Assembly: GCA_965216315.1 (NCBI GenBank)
Contig: CBDCFN010000016.1
Location: 1,984,001 to 2,048,000, forward strand
Origin: a bacterium
Lineage (GTDB): Bacteria > UBA10199 > 2-02-FULL-50-16 > JAJFLM01
Reading direction: 5' to 3'
Length of the DNA: 64,000 bases
Part shown: in pieces, positions 29,859-40,379 of the stretch
Numbering within the stretch: the first letter of the stretch is position 1
How the letters are laid out: each line of letters starts with the position of its first letter
Position numbers and translations under genes: made by a program
The notes under the pieces: generated by a model
Databases searched by the model: none
The model's input: the letters and a program-made list of their open reading frames with translations, nothing else
What the model was told of the DNA's origin: nothing

Positions 29859-31238
29859 ATGTCACGACCGCTTAGCGAGCTTTTGATAAAATATAATCAG
29901 CCGGGACCTCGCTATACCAGCTATCCAACAGTTCCCGCTTGGACCGAAACGGTCGGCTCTTCTGATTATGAAACCTCGCTAAAAAATCTCAGCACTGAAG
30001 ACCCGCTTTCACTCTATTTTCATATTCCCTTTTGTGAGAAGCTTTGCCACTTCTGCGGGTGTCTTAAAGTTATCACCCAGAACCGTTCTAAGTCTGCCGA
30101 ATATATTAAAGTACTGCTAAAAGAGTTGGATCAAGTCGCCGAACTAATCCCGGCGCAAACACGCACTGTTTCTCAGCTTCACTTCGGCGGCGGTACCCCT
30201 AATTTTTTGCAACCCGATGAATTGACTCAGGTCATGACTTCGATCCGGCAGCACTTTGAACTTCTGCCCGATGGCGAAATCGCCATAGAAATGCACCCGC
30301 GGACATCGACACGCGCTTTTTGCGATAATTTAAGAGCGCAAGGATTCAATCGGATTTCGCTCGGTGTGCAAGATTTCGATCCAAAAGTGCAACAACTCAT
30401 CAATCGTTTTCAAGATTATGAAATGACCGAAAAGATGGTTTCTTATCTGAGAGATATAGGCTTCAATGCCTTTAATTTTGATTTAATTTATGGCCTGCCG
30501 GGACAATGCATGAACACCTGGAAAAAGACGCTGCAACAGGTTCTTGAGTTAAAGCCTGATCGATTAGCCGTCTACAGTTATGCCCATGTCCCCTGGAAAG
30601 CCCCCGTGCAGCGATCCTTTAAAGACAGCGATCTGCCCTCACCGGAACTCAAACTGGAACTTTTTGAAGTCGCTTATAAAACCTTTACCCAACAGGGTTA
30701 TCGTCTTATCGGCATGGACCATTTCGCCCTCGAAACTGATGAATTAAGTTTGGCAGCTGAAAATGGCAGCCTGCACCGCAACTTTATGGGATATTCGACC
30801 CGTGCCAGTTCACAACAAGTTGGGCTTGGCATGAGTGCCATTTCTTACATTGGCGGCAATTATTTTCAGAATCATAAAACCCTAAAGGAATATTACGACT
30901 CACTGGAAAAGGGTTCATTGGCGACATTTAGAGGTTTTCTGCTCGACCGCGACGATCATATACGACGCGCGGTAATCACACAGATCATGTGCAATGGATC
31001 TGTTAACTATGCCGCGTTTAAAGAGCAGTGGGGTATCGACTTTCTTAGCTATTTCGACGATGAGCACAAGCGTCTCGAACCTTTCTTACAAGATGAACTC
31101 TTACTGAGCGATGCCGATGGCATCCGCGTCATCGATCACGGTTTTCTATTCTTACGTAATATCGCGATGACTTTTGATACCTACCTTGATGATATCCGCA
31201 CCAATGCACAGACACCTGTCTTTTCCAAAACGGTTTAA
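29859..31238 (+). CDS. hemN: Oxygen-independent coproporphyrinogen III oxidase
   Basis: GPRYTSYPT, LYFHIPFCEKLCHFCGC, GGGTP, IGMDHFA, LHRNFMGY, C-terminal FSKTV. Confidence 0.96.
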   Translation: MSRPLSELLIKYNQPGPRYTSYPTVPAWTETVGSSDYETSLKNLSTEDPLSLYFHIPFCEKLCHFCGCLKVITQNRSKSAEYIKVLLKELDQVAELIPAQTRTVSQLHFGGGTPNFLQPDELTQVMTSIRQHFELLPDGEIAIEMHPRTSTRAFCDNLRAQGFNRISLGVQDFDPKVQQLINRFQDYEMTEKMVSYLRDIGFNAFNFDLIYGLPGQCMNTWKKTLQQVLELKPDRLAVYSYAHVPWKAPVQRSFKDSDLPSPELKLELFEVAYKTFTQQGYRLIGMDHFALETDELSLAAENGSLHRNFMGYSTRASSQQVGLGMSAISYIGGNYFQNHKTLKEYYDSLEKGSLATFRGFLLDRDDHIRRAVITQIMCNGSVNYAAFKEQWGIDFLSYFDDEHKRLEPFLQDELLLSDADGIRVIDHGFLFLRNIAMTFDTYLDDIRTNAQTPVFSKTV

Positions 31239-31355
31239 ACGGTTTAAGCGGAACTTTCTCAATCAAAATGAGGCTCAAGCGAGCGAACCTCTATTCTATC
31301 AATAATATTAAGGAGTTATTTGAGAGCGACGAGCCGATTTTTCTCAGGTCGATTC

Positions 31356-31369
31356 ATGATATGAATCAT
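31356..31369 (+). promoter_or_regulatory. FNR/FixK-like box upstream of CBS-ftsH
   Basis: ATGAT-ATGA-ATCAT, centred about -42 relative to a start predicted from CATAAT at 31393-31398. Confidence 0.4.
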
Positions 31370-31418
31370 TCTCGACGCTGGTACAATAGGGGCATAATTT
31401 TTAGAAATGGAGGGAAAT

Positions 31419-31844
31419 ATGGCGACACTGCAAGTACAAGACTTAATGACCGATCACGTATTTAGCGTTCGAGAGAATGAAGATCTTGCCCAACTCACGG
31501 CACTCATGGAAGACATTCACGTACGTCATGTACCGGTTATTGACGAAGAAGGAATCCTTCGCGGCCTCGTCTCTCATCGGGACCTCTTGAGTTCCGTCCT
31601 TTATGCACAACAAGATCTACCTCAAAATGAATTGCAAGAGCTGTTAAAGAGCATGACCGTTAAAGAAATAATGGTCGAAGGGGTTGAAACGGCTGAGGCA
31701 GATCAAGACATTACAGATGCAGGCAGCATTATGCTCGACAACAAGCTGGGCTGCTTACCGGTCGTAGAGGGCGATCGCCTGGTAGGGATTCTGACTGAAG
31801 CTGACTTTGTTAAGTTTGTCGTCAAGACAGCCGGAGGGGAGTAA
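31419..31844 (+). CDS. CBS domain pair protein
   Basis: VRHVPVIDEEGILRGLVS and LGCLPVVEGDRLVGILT; RBS GGAGGG before MATLQ. Confidence 0.92.
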   Translation: MATLQVQDLMTDHVFSVRENEDLAQLTALMEDIHVRHVPVIDEEGILRGLVSHRDLLSSVLYAQQDLPQNELQELLKSMTVKEIMVEGVETAEADQDITDAGSIMLDNKLGCLPVVEGDRLVGILTEADFVKFVVKTAGGE

Positions 31845-31859
31845 AATGAGCTTTGACTC

Positions 31860-33728
31860 GTGAAAGATCTGCCGCCAACAACAAAATATCGCAATCCTCT
31901 ATATATCATTTTGGCTATCGGCGCGGTCTTTATCGTGCTGCAATATTGGAATCCATTGCAGCCTGCACAAGAAATTCCCTACAGTCAGTTCTTAATTGAA
32001 CTGAGTCAAGGACGTATCGAACACGTCCGTCTCTCCGAAACTAAAATAAGCGGGACATTCAAAGATGGCGAGCAAGGAAAGGCAATCAGCTTCACAACAA
32101 TTCCAGTCCGTGATGACCAACTTGTAGAAAAACTAACGAAACTCCAGGTTCCTTTCGAAGGAGCACATCCGAATACTTTTTGGGTCTCAATATTTCCGTG
32201 GCTTATTTGGGTGGTCATCCTCCTCGTTATTTGGCGATTCATGCTCACCCGCCTGACTTCCGGTCCTCCAGGCGGTCTCATGCGACTTGGTAAATCAAAA
32301 GCAAAAATTTATGTCGAGCGCGGCGTCAAGACGAGCTTTGATGATATCGCCGGTGAGGATGAAGCCAAGGCTGAAGTCATTGAACTCATCGACTTCTTAA
32401 AAAACCCGGTTAACTATGCACGACTCGGCGCCCGCACCCCCAAAGGCATTCTCTTAGTGGGCCCTCCGGGATGTGGCAAAACACTCATGGCACGAGCAAT
32501 GGCGGGTGAAGCCAACGTCCCTTTTTTTTCTATCAATGGATCCGAGTTTGTTGAAATGTTTGTCGGACTCGGAGCCGCACGCGTCCGCGACCTTTTTGAA
32601 GAGGCCCGAAAGAATGCTCCCTGCATCATTTTTATCGATGAATTGGATGCGATCGGGAAATCCCGCAGTCTCGGGTATGCGGGAAGCGGCGCTCATGAGG
32701 AAACCGAACAGACGTTAAACCAGTTGCTCGCAGAGCTCGATGGTTTTGATCCCTCACAGGGCATTATTCTATTAGCTGCTACCAATCGACCTGAAATTCT
32801 TGATCCAGCCCTGCTGCGCGCAGGCCGATTCGACCGCCAGATCCTACTCGACAACCCGGACCGGGCCGGCCGCAAAGCCATACTTGAAGTTCATATGAAA
32901 AAAATCACTGTGGCCGATGATATTGAGGCCGATAAGATCGCTTCGCTGACTCCCGGCTTCTCCGGTGCAGACCTGGCTAATCTTGTCAACGAAGCCGCCC
33001 TCCTCGCGACACGCCGCAATGCAAAACAGGTTACTGAAGAAGATTTCATCATGGCCATTGAACGTATTATTGCCGGTCTGGAGCGCAAGAAGCGTTTGAT
33101 GAATGCACAGGAACGAAGGCGTGTGGCCTATCATGAAATGGGTCACGCGACCGTATCTTTAGCAGCAGGCAAGATGGAACAAGTTCAAAAGGTCAGCATT
33201 ATTCCAAGGGGCATTGGCGCACTAGGTTACACCATGCAACGTCCCATTGAAGACCGCTATTTAATGAGTCGCGACGAATTACTGACCAAAATGGCCATCC
33301 TGCTCGGCGGTCGCGCTTCGGAAACATTGTTCTTTGATGACGTCTCGACCGGCGCCAGCGATGATCTGGTCAAGGCAACCAATATCGCACGCGCGATGGT
33401 CACGGAGTACGGCATGAGTGATAAATTAGGGCTGGCAACCTTCGAAGAACCGCGCTCTCCTTTTCTGCAAGGACCGCTGATTTTCCCCAAACAGCCCATC
33501 GCCAGCGAGCAGACGGCGCAAATTATCGACAGCGAAGTCAAAGATCTCTTGGCTGCCGCCTTCAACAAGGCCACCGAGACCATCAAGAAAAACAGCACGT
33601 TTATTGAGGCTGCGGCCCAACGCCTTTTGGAAATAGAAACGCTGGATCATCAGGAAATCGATCAGCTGTGGCAGCAATTGAAAGCTGTGGAACCCTCACC
33701 CGTTAAACCGGTCGCCGCACCTCATTGA
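31860..33728 (+). CDS. ftsH: ATP-dependent zinc metalloprotease FtsH
   Basis: Two TM helices, [30 protein letters not shown]. Confidence 0.96.
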   Translation: MKDLPPTTKYRNPLYIILAIGAVFIVLQYWNPLQPAQEIPYSQFLIELSQGRIEHVRLSETKISGTFKDGEQGKAISFTTIPVRDDQLVEKLTKLQVPFEGAHPNTFWVSIFPWLIWVVILLVIWRFMLTRLTSGPPGGLMRLGKSKAKIYVERGVKTSFDDIAGEDEAKAEVIELIDFLKNPVNYARLGARTPKGILLVGPPGCGKTLMARAMAGEANVPFFSINGSEFVEMFVGLGAARVRDLFEEARKNAPCIIFIDELDAIGKSRSLGYAGSGAHEETEQTLNQLLAELDGFDPSQGIILLAATNRPEILDPALLRAGRFDRQILLDNPDRAGRKAILEVHMKKITVADDIEADKIASLTPGFSGADLANLVNEAALLATRRNAKQVTEEDFIMAIERIIAGLERKKRLMNAQERRRVAYHEMGHATVSLAAGKMEQVQKVSIIPRGIGALGYTMQRPIEDRYLMSRDELLTKMAILLGGRASETLFFDDVSTGASDDLVKATNIARAMVTEYGMSDKLGLATFEEPRSPFLQGPLIFPKQPIASEQTAQIIDSEVKDLLAAAFNKATETIKKNSTFIEAAAQRLLEIETLDHQEIDQLWQQLKAVEPSPVKPVAAPH

Positions 33729-35230
33729 GCAAAGCGAATCATCCCTTGATTCAAATTCCAATAATCTTTGGCAAAAGAGAGCTCTTCTTCAGTCTCGGCG
33801 TAAATACGCAACAACGGTTCGCCCTGTTCACAATGTTGACCCACCTTTTTGAAAAGATACACGCCCGCACTTTTGTCCTTGGGCGCTCCAGTCAATTTGG
33901 CCAAACGCCCGACATGGTAATTATCAAAGGCCGCAACCGTACTATCGTTCTCGGCAAGAACGTCATAGTGAAAATTAGCTTCCCGCAACGACTTAGGGCC
34001 TCCTTGAGCTCGGATCAACGCCTGCATCTTTTCATGAGCCTTGCCGCTGTCTAGAATCTCCTGGGCTAATTCGTACCCTTTGCCGGCTCGCACCTCTTGC
34101 TGAAACTCTAAAATATGCCCCGCGATTTGCAGGCTCTTTTCGCGTAAATCTTGCGGCGCTTCTCGATGTCCTTCTAAAACGCGCAAGACATCCCGTGCCT
34201 CCAGGCTCGGCCCGACTCCATAACCGATGGGCTCTACTCCGGAAGTGATCAGGCACTCCACGTACATTCCAAGTTGTTCTCCGACATACTCAAAAGTCCG
34301 TTGCAAATGGAGCGCTTTTTGTCGACTCCGCAATTTGCTCGTCGGCCCCAACGGTAAATCGAGCAAGATGTGCGTCGACCCAGCTGATTTTTTCTTCGAA
34401 AGTATCGACGCAACCATCTGTCCTTCCGAATCCAAGCTCAGCGGTCGCTCCACCTGTATAATGATGTCATCAGCCGGTGACAGATCAACCGCGCCACCCC
34501 AGGCTATGCAGCCATTTTCCTGCGAAACAATTTCCTTCATCCGTGATAACGGCAGGTCGACCTCGGCCAGTGCTTCCATCGCATCGGCCGTGCCACAGGG
34601 TGAGGTAATCGCGCGTGAACTGGTTTTAGGAATTTTTAACCCAAAGGCAGCCACAATCGGCACTACCACCATCGTCACGCGATTCCCGGGCACGCCGCCA
34701 ATGCTATGTTTATCTACGATCACTTCCGCTTGACCGCCTGCAGACTTATGATCCCAATCTATGCGCTCACCTGTCTCCACCATGACATTCGTCAGCCATA
34801 CAACCTCTTCACGCGAGAGATTGTTTTGAGTACACGCGAGAACAAAAGCGGTTAGTTCGATCTTCGAATAGCGCCCGGCAACGATATCATTAATAATTTC
34901 CCGAAGCTCTCCCTCGTCAAACATCTGGCCGTCCAGTTTTCTTTTAACATACTCAAATGAGTGCAGTGGAGTCGGGTGTCTAATCCAAACTTCACTTCCT
35001 TCGGGTAAATTCAACTGATTGAATGTATAGCTGGATAAACCGATCTCACCTTCTTTCAAGAAAGGTTCAGAAACAATGTTTAAGACAGCAACAATGCTCT
35101 TTCCTGACCCGACAATTTCGATTTTTGTTTGCGAATTAAAGCCCTGCGAGGCGCAGAGAGGACAATCATGGCGCATAAAGGCGACATTTTCCTTGTAGGT
35201 ATCGATTTGTATCTTACGCAGTCTCATCAT
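33722..35230 (-). CDS. AMP phosphorylase-like / putative thymidine phosphorylase
   Basis: DKHSIGGVPGNR, PKTSSRAITSPCGTAD, SILSKK plus the N-terminal extension of the long AMP-phosphorylase-type subfamily. Confidence 0.92.
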   Translation of the reverse strand: MMRLRKIQIDTYKENVAFMRHDCPLCASQGFNSQTKIEIVGSGKSIVAVLNIVSEPFLKEGEIGLSSYTFNQLNLPEGSEVWIRHPTPLHSFEYVKRKLDGQMFDEGELREIINDIVAGRYSKIELTAFVLACTQNNLSREEVVWLTNVMVETGERIDWDHKSAGGQAEVIVDKHSIGGVPGNRVTMVVVPIVAAFGLKIPKTSSRAITSPCGTADAMEALAEVDLPLSRMKEIVSQENGCIAWGGAVDLSPADDIIIQVERPLSLDSEGQMVASILSKKKSAGSTHILLDLPLGPTSKLRSRQKALHLQRTFEYVGEQLGMYVECLITSGVEPIGYGVGPSLEARDVLRVLEGHREAPQDLREKSLQIAGHILEFQQEVRAGKGYELAQEILDSGKAHEKMQALIRAQGGPKSLREANFHYDVLAENDSTVAAFDNYHVGRLAKLTGAPKDKSAGVYLFKKVGQHCEQGEPLLRIYAETEEELSFAKDYWNLNQGMIRFAQ

Positions 35231-36116
35231 GGCCTAACACCTGATTGAGGCATCGACTTAACAAGGGGGCCACGTCAATCCGATTGCTTTCATGGGGCAA
35301 AGTATTGCAAGAGGCTATCAGTTCCACACCCGCTTCGCGGATGGATTCATAAGACTGCGCGGCAAAGATTGGGTGAACCAGGACACAAGCGATATTTCTA
35401 CAGCCCGTATGGGTAAGCTCCTGAATCACCTCGAGCATGGTTCCACCGCTAGAAACAATATCATCGACGATGACGACAGTCCGATTTTGAATGTCTTCAG
35501 GAACCTTCCAGAGAACACGGACCGAAGTATCACTTAAACGACGCTTTTTAAAGACGATGAAATCCAGATCTTCTAGCGCCGCTACCTGTGATACCCATTG
35601 CTTCGATTCCTCATCGGGACCGATCAAGATCGGGTTGGGCACTTCTTCGCGGATATAACGGGCAACTAACGGCATCGTCGACAGCGTTTCCGTCGGAATC
35701 GAATAAATTTCTTCAAGTTCGTGGATACGGTGTAAATGCGGATCAATCGTAATTAAACGGTCCACGTGACGACTAACCAGCTTGGCAAAAGTGCGTGCTG
35801 CAACCGCCTGACCCGGTTCAAAGGCCTTATCCTGTCGCATATAAGGTAAATAAGGCGCCAGCCAGATCACACTCTTCGCCTCGAGATCGCGGCAAGCACT
35901 CGCGGCTAATAACAAGGGGAAAATCTTGGTATCCGGTCGATCCATACTCGATACCAATATCGCTTTTCTACGGCGCACGCTTTCCGGAACCCGAACTAGC
36001 GACTCACCGTCAGGGAAATGGCGAATATTGAGCGGCTCTACCGGCAATCCCACTACATCCGCAATCTTTGTCGCCAGCGCCGCACTATGCTCATCATGAA
36101 TAAGTATCGCGTCCAT
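35214..36116 (-). CDS. prs: Ribose-phosphate pyrophosphokinase family protein
   Basis: FPDGE, PYLPYMRQD, DPHLH, GPDEES, VIVDDIVSSGGT. Confidence 0.92.
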   Translation of the reverse strand: MDAILIHDEHSAALATKIADVVGLPVEPLNIRHFPDGESLVRVPESVRRRKAILVSSMDRPDTKIFPLLLAASACRDLEAKSVIWLAPYLPYMRQDKAFEPGQAVAARTFAKLVSRHVDRLITIDPHLHRIHELEEIYSIPTETLSTMPLVARYIREEVPNPILIGPDEESKQWVSQVAALEDLDFIVFKKRRLSDTSVRVLWKVPEDIQNRTVVIVDDIVSSGGTMLEVIQELTHTGCRNIACVLVHPIFAAQSYESIREAGVELIASCNTLPHESNRIDVAPLLSRCLNQVLGHDETA

Positions 36117-37471
36117 TATCCGTCAAAAATTTCCATATAATCCGGAACTTCGCAATTCCAATCGAGCTCATCTTGTATTCGTTTGCGCAAGCCTTCACTG
36201 GCCAACGGCTCTCCATGCGTCACAAAAACTCTTTTGGGTTCGCGTGCCATAGTATTGAGCCATTTCATGATTCCTTGAACGTCGGCATGGGCCGATAATG
36301 ACTCCATCCCGCATACCTCCGCGCGGATGGGTACATACCGTCCGTGGATCTTGATCTCTTCTGCACCGTTCAGCATGGCCTCACCACGCGTCCCTGCTGC
36401 CTGAAAACCGGCAAAGAGTATCGCATTTTTGGAATCTGGAGCCAATTTCTTAAGGTGGTGCAATACACGCCCCCCTGTCGCCATTCCGCTCGCTGAGATA
36501 ATTATTGCGGGGTGCTCGGTCTCATTTAAATGCCTCGATTCATCAGCTGAGCTAACAAACTGTGTCATCTCACCAATACCCTGACACTCTTCAAGCGTCA
36601 GGGACTGATCCGCGATGTAAGAGCAAAAAATTTGGGTGGCCTGAATAGCCATCGGACTATTCAAATAAACAGGAACATCGGGAATACTCTGCGATCGCTT
36701 TAATTTCCAGATGATATACAACAATTGCTGAGAACGTCCGACGGCAAATGCGGGAATAAGCAGGCGACCACCGCGGCCAATCACTTTTTGAATCAATAAT
36801 TTAAGTATCTCTTCCGGATCTTCTCTCGGATGGCTTCGATTCCCATAGGTCGATTCGACGAGAACATAATCGGCTGAACCGATCTTATCCGGAGCTGACA
36901 TCGTCAAATCGTCATATCGACCCAGGTCACCTGAGAATATCAACTCATTGTCTTCGGCGCGAAAGGATATAAAACTGGCCCCTAAAATGTGGCCGGCCTT
37001 CTTGAAATCGAAACTCATCGTTTCCGTCAACTGAACGGGGGTTTCCCAATCAACTCCTTCAATTTTTGCCGCCGCTTTACGCCCATCCGCCTCCGTATAT
37101 AAAGGGAGTGCCGGAGAATGCTTGGAGAATTTGCGCTTATTCGCAAAGGCGGCGTCCTCTTCCTGCAGATAACCGGCATCCGGCAGTAACAGTTCACACA
37201 GCGCCTTGGTTGCATGCGTGGCGTAAATCGGACCTTTGAAACCGTTACGGACCAACACCGGCAAATACCCGGTATGATCGATATGCGCATGCGTGAGGAT
37301 CACCGCATCCAAAGTCGCCGGATCGAAAGGCAGCGGTTTCCAATTGCGCAGACGCAGCACTTTAAGCCCCTGATACAGACCGCAATCAATTAAGACCTGC
37401 TTCTCGCCGCAACGGACCAAATGTTTGGATCCGGTCACCGTATTATTAGCGCCTAAGAACTGGAGTTGCAT
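36116..37471 (-). CDS. MBL-fold beta-CASP ribonuclease
   Basis: THAHIDH, FSGDLG, ESTYG, PAFAVGRSQ, SAHAD, HGE. Confidence 0.93.
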   Translation of the reverse strand: MQLQFLGANNTVTGSKHLVRCGEKQVLIDCGLYQGLKVLRLRNWKPLPFDPATLDAVILTHAHIDHTGYLPVLVRNGFKGPIYATHATKALCELLLPDAGYLQEEDAAFANKRKFSKHSPALPLYTEADGRKAAAKIEGVDWETPVQLTETMSFDFKKAGHILGASFISFRAEDNELIFSGDLGRYDDLTMSAPDKIGSADYVLVESTYGNRSHPREDPEEILKLLIQKVIGRGGRLLIPAFAVGRSQQLLYIIWKLKRSQSIPDVPVYLNSPMAIQATQIFCSYIADQSLTLEECQGIGEMTQFVSSADESRHLNETEHPAIIISASGMATGGRVLHHLKKLAPDSKNAILFAGFQAAGTRGEAMLNGAEEIKIHGRYVPIRAEVCGMESLSAHADVQGIMKWLNTMAREPKRVFVTHGEPLASEGLRKRIQDELDWNCEVPDYMEIFDG

Positions 37472-37516
37472 GGACCTTAGTTATAGACCGAATCGGAGCA
37501 CACTCAAAGGCCAAAT

Positions 37517-37681
37517 CGAGTGTGATCTCTGTTCACACTAAACACTCGAATGTGAACATATGACGTTCACACTCACTCGGGATTTGTCGCTCCCTTCGAA
37601 TGCCATATCAATTTTTTATAAGTAATATCAATTAGTTATAATTTTATCGGGACTGAGGCCCGGCTTGGCACAGGGCTTGCT
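37517..37681 (+). promoter_or_regulatory. Sigma54 promoter with upstream enhancer-like palindromes and IHF sites
   Basis: TGGCAC-AGGGC-TTGCT (37666-37681); WATCAANNNNTTR matches at 37606-37618 and 37626-37638; TGTGA...TCACA pairs at 37521-37537 and 37551-37571. Confidence 0.8.
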
Positions 37682-37699
37682 CTATAGCCTAGTGTACAT

Positions 37700-37850
37700 G
37701 CTGAGGTGGTAACAGATTTTAAAAGCTCCATGCGCACCCACTACACCTCAGTGACTCTCTGGTTGGAGTCATCATGATTCCGGCTAGGGACCACTAACCT
37801 GCCCCATCGTCTGAATCGCACCTAGGGCGATGGGGCTTGGTTAGCGGAAA
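37700..37850 (+). ncRNA. Structured 5' leader / candidate cis-regulatory RNA
   Basis: Stems CTGAGGTG/CACCTCAG, TGACTC/GAGTCA and nested TTCCG-CTAACC-GCCCCATCG / CGATGGGGC-GGTTAG-CGGAA. Confidence 0.4.
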
Positions 37851-37884
37851 GACATTAAATAACTTTTTTATGGGGATGGACGAA

Positions 37885-38250
37885 ATGACACAACTTGGAC
37901 AAATCGCACGCGTCATCTATCAAAGACCCGATGGTCAGTTCGGTTGCACCATGACCGCTTACACGCGGCTCGCCGAATTAGATTTCGACAATCCGGTCCT
38001 GACATATTCCGAATACCGACAAGCAACGGATAAGGCCAAGATACCGGAAGGCACTCGCATCACGCGTCTTATCATCGGTCGTTATTTGTACGCCGTCGAC
38101 GACCACTCGCTCGATTTTCATGTCCAGCTCGCCGAAACACCTATTGAGCCCGTCTGTCGCCTGGAAATCAATTTTAGTTGGGAAACGGTCGGTGTCCTTC
38201 AAAATTACAACGAAACACCAGAAGAGACACCCGCCCAAATAGACATTTAA
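37885..38250 (+). CDS. Small orphan protein (probable paralog of 46931..47239)
   Basis: RBS GGGGATGGA; shares EY-x6-A[KR][IL]P-x3-R[IL]-x5-G pattern with the 46931 ORF. Confidence 0.7.
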   Translation: MTQLGQIARVIYQRPDGQFGCTMTAYTRLAELDFDNPVLTYSEYRQATDKAKIPEGTRITRLIIGRYLYAVDDHSLDFHVQLAETPIEPVCRLEINFSWETVGVLQNYNETPEETPAQIDI

Positions 38251-38428
38251 TGTCCCCATGACAACCCAGTGCCTCGCCGTTTGAAGCGAAAGCTTCGGCG
38301 GCGGGGCCACTTGGTAACACAACTAACGAGCTTTTGCTTGCTTCAGCGATGAAGCACGGTCCTGTCGTCTTTTCATCCCGGTTAGGCGGCGGGGCCAACA
38401 AATTTTTGATTTAAGTAAGGAGAACGAC

Positions 38429-38800
38429 ATGAGCGGTGACGGAACAATTAGCCCAAATGTGGAACGAGTTCTCGGAGACATGAGAACACGTGATGACCTT
38501 GACCAACAAAGACTCTCAGAGCAAGTATCACAAGGATCCGGAAACCAAGACGGTACCGCCCAAGCAATCGCGGCACTGAACCAAGTCGCCGGGACAATTA
38601 CCCAAACCATAACAAGTGTAACGGAACAAGCGACGGCAGCTGGACAGTCCCAGGCCGCAGCACAACAGGCCGCCGTCCAAAATCAAGAAGACAGTCGCGA
38701 AGGACATATTATGCTCAACGTGCTCGAAGCGAATCGCGAAGCTGATGCGCAGATGTTTGGTACCGGCCTCGGCGCGCCCAGACACGTCCGCAATGTCTAA
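38429..38800 (+). CDS. Small Q/A-rich helical orphan protein (MSG start)
   Basis: RBS AAGGAG; 123 aa; no signal peptide. Confidence 0.8.
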   Translation: MSGDGTISPNVERVLGDMRTRDDLDQQRLSEQVSQGSGNQDGTAQAIAALNQVAGTITQTITSVTEQATAAGQSQAAAQQAAVQNQEDSREGHIMLNVLEANREADAQMFGTGLGAPRHVRNV

Positions 38801-38852
38801 ATAGAGTCTTTTCTCATCTGTCTAGGGGTTTGAGAGGGAGAGGAGATAAACC

Positions 38853-39425
38853 ATGCCAAATAGAATTATCGTTGCTCAAGGACGCAACTATACTGTTTAC
38901 GTCGATGATGCCAATCACGACGGTGTCTATAATGAAGGGGAGCGTCTCTCTGTACGTGAAGGCCGGGGGAGTCTATCTCATCGGCAAAGTGACGTCGACG
39001 GCGTACTCGAGCGACTCGGTGTCCACGAGTTGCGTCCTGGCATCCGCATCGAACCCTTTCGCGCTTACCTGGATCAATTGCGTCATGCTCGACAATCCGC
39101 CTCCGCTGGCAACCCGGAACACACGGTTAATCATATATTACAAGCGCAGGACTATGCACGACAGGCCGGTATTCAAGCCGATCATCGCGAACTCGCTCGG
39201 ATCGGATCTCGCTGCATTGAGCAATGGTGTCAGAAACGCTATGAACATGGCGGTGACCGCGAGCGTGATAAGATCCAACGCTTTTTAGATCAGATCCAAC
39301 GTGAAATCAGCCGGGCTCCAAGTGAAGTGACACAAACCGACCGCGCCCTAAATGTACTCCGTGATCTTCCGAGACTTACCGATTTTCAAGAACAAGGCGA
39401 ACCCTTAGCGTTGAACGAAGATTAA
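38853..39425 (+). CDS. Orphan protein with N-terminal DxNxDG (EF-hand-like) motif
   Basis: RBS GAGGAG; VYVDDANHDGVYNEGERL. Confidence 0.8.
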   Translation: MPNRIIVAQGRNYTVYVDDANHDGVYNEGERLSVREGRGSLSHRQSDVDGVLERLGVHELRPGIRIEPFRAYLDQLRHARQSASAGNPEHTVNHILQAQDYARQAGIQADHRELARIGSRCIEQWCQKRYEHGGDRERDKIQRFLDQIQREISRAPSEVTQTDRALNVLRDLPRLTDFQEQGEPLALNED

Positions 39426-39465
39426 TCAATTGTCTAGAGCTTGAGAGGGAAAAGAGGAGATAAAA

Positions 39466-40218
39466 ATGGGTGATATTACGATCGGAACCGTTGGGGAAGT
39501 AACCTTATTCGTCCGCGATCGCAACGAGAATGGCGTTTATGATGAGGGAGACCGCATTGGTGTCCGCAACGGCAGCGCTAGCCCGCGATTTGATCAGCAA
39601 AGCATTCGAGAAGCCTATACCCGCTTGGGAATCACCGGAATTGATCGCAGTGATTCGCATAGAAATACCCTTATATCTGGATTGAGATACCACATTGATC
39701 TCTTGCAACGCACACTACAAGCCGCCGCTCGCGGAACTAGAGAAGATATCCGAACCGTCCGTTCAAATATCGCAACGTTTCGCTGGCAACCCCGGCGCTC
39801 CATAACGCTCGGAAACAATTCATTACAAGCTATCCAATGGGATGCGATCTATAACTGCCTCAACCAAGACCGGGAACATAATAGGGACATCCTCGTGCAG
39901 GTAAGACGCCTTGATCTAGACCAAGATCCCGAAAACCGCCGACGCAGCTGTCGCCTGATCATGCGTTACTTAATGGCGGATAAGGGATCGGCCCGGCAAC
40001 GCGAGCTAGCCCGAAGAATAGAGACACGTGCCACCCGTTCACGCGGCCCGATGCAACCCTTACCGACCCGGCCCCCAGCTGCTTCACGGCGACAGGCTCA
40101 ACCCAGAGAACTCGGAAGACTCGACCGGGCAGCCCGTGGTGCCCGTATCGCAAGCAGTGCCATCGTCAACTTTCTCCTCTCGGCACAAACATATGTCAGG
40201 GAACACACAGGGATTTAA
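39466..40218 (+). CDS. Arg-rich orphan protein, N-terminally paralogous to 38853..39425
   Basis: RBS GAGGAG; LFVRDRNENGVYDEGDRI. Confidence 0.8.
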   Translation: MGDITIGTVGEVTLFVRDRNENGVYDEGDRIGVRNGSASPRFDQQSIREAYTRLGITGIDRSDSHRNTLISGLRYHIDLLQRTLQAAARGTREDIRTVRSNIATFRWQPRRSITLGNNSLQAIQWDAIYNCLNQDREHNRDILVQVRRLDLDQDPENRRRSCRLIMRYLMADKGSARQRELARRIETRATRSRGPMQPLPTRPPAASRRQAQPRELGRLDRAARGARIASSAIVNFLLSAQTYVREHTGI

Positions 40219-40379
40219 AAATCACGCGCCGGGACACCTGCTCCAAGGTCCCGGAATGGCATCAACGCTGGAATCAAATTACGGACCATGCCCATCACGC
40301 CTGGCAACGCGCCCAGCGCTGGTGGAGAAGTCTCTAGGCGATTGACAAATAACTACAGCTTGCTTAGTTGAAGTGATCC

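Noticed and set aside
31228..31247. AACGGTTTA direct repeat at the hemN stop
   Set aside because: Short local duplication with no intervening element, so not evidence of an insertion.
37521..37571. TGTGA/TCACA pairs as canonical CRP sites
   Set aside because: Spacers are 7 and 11 bp rather than 6.
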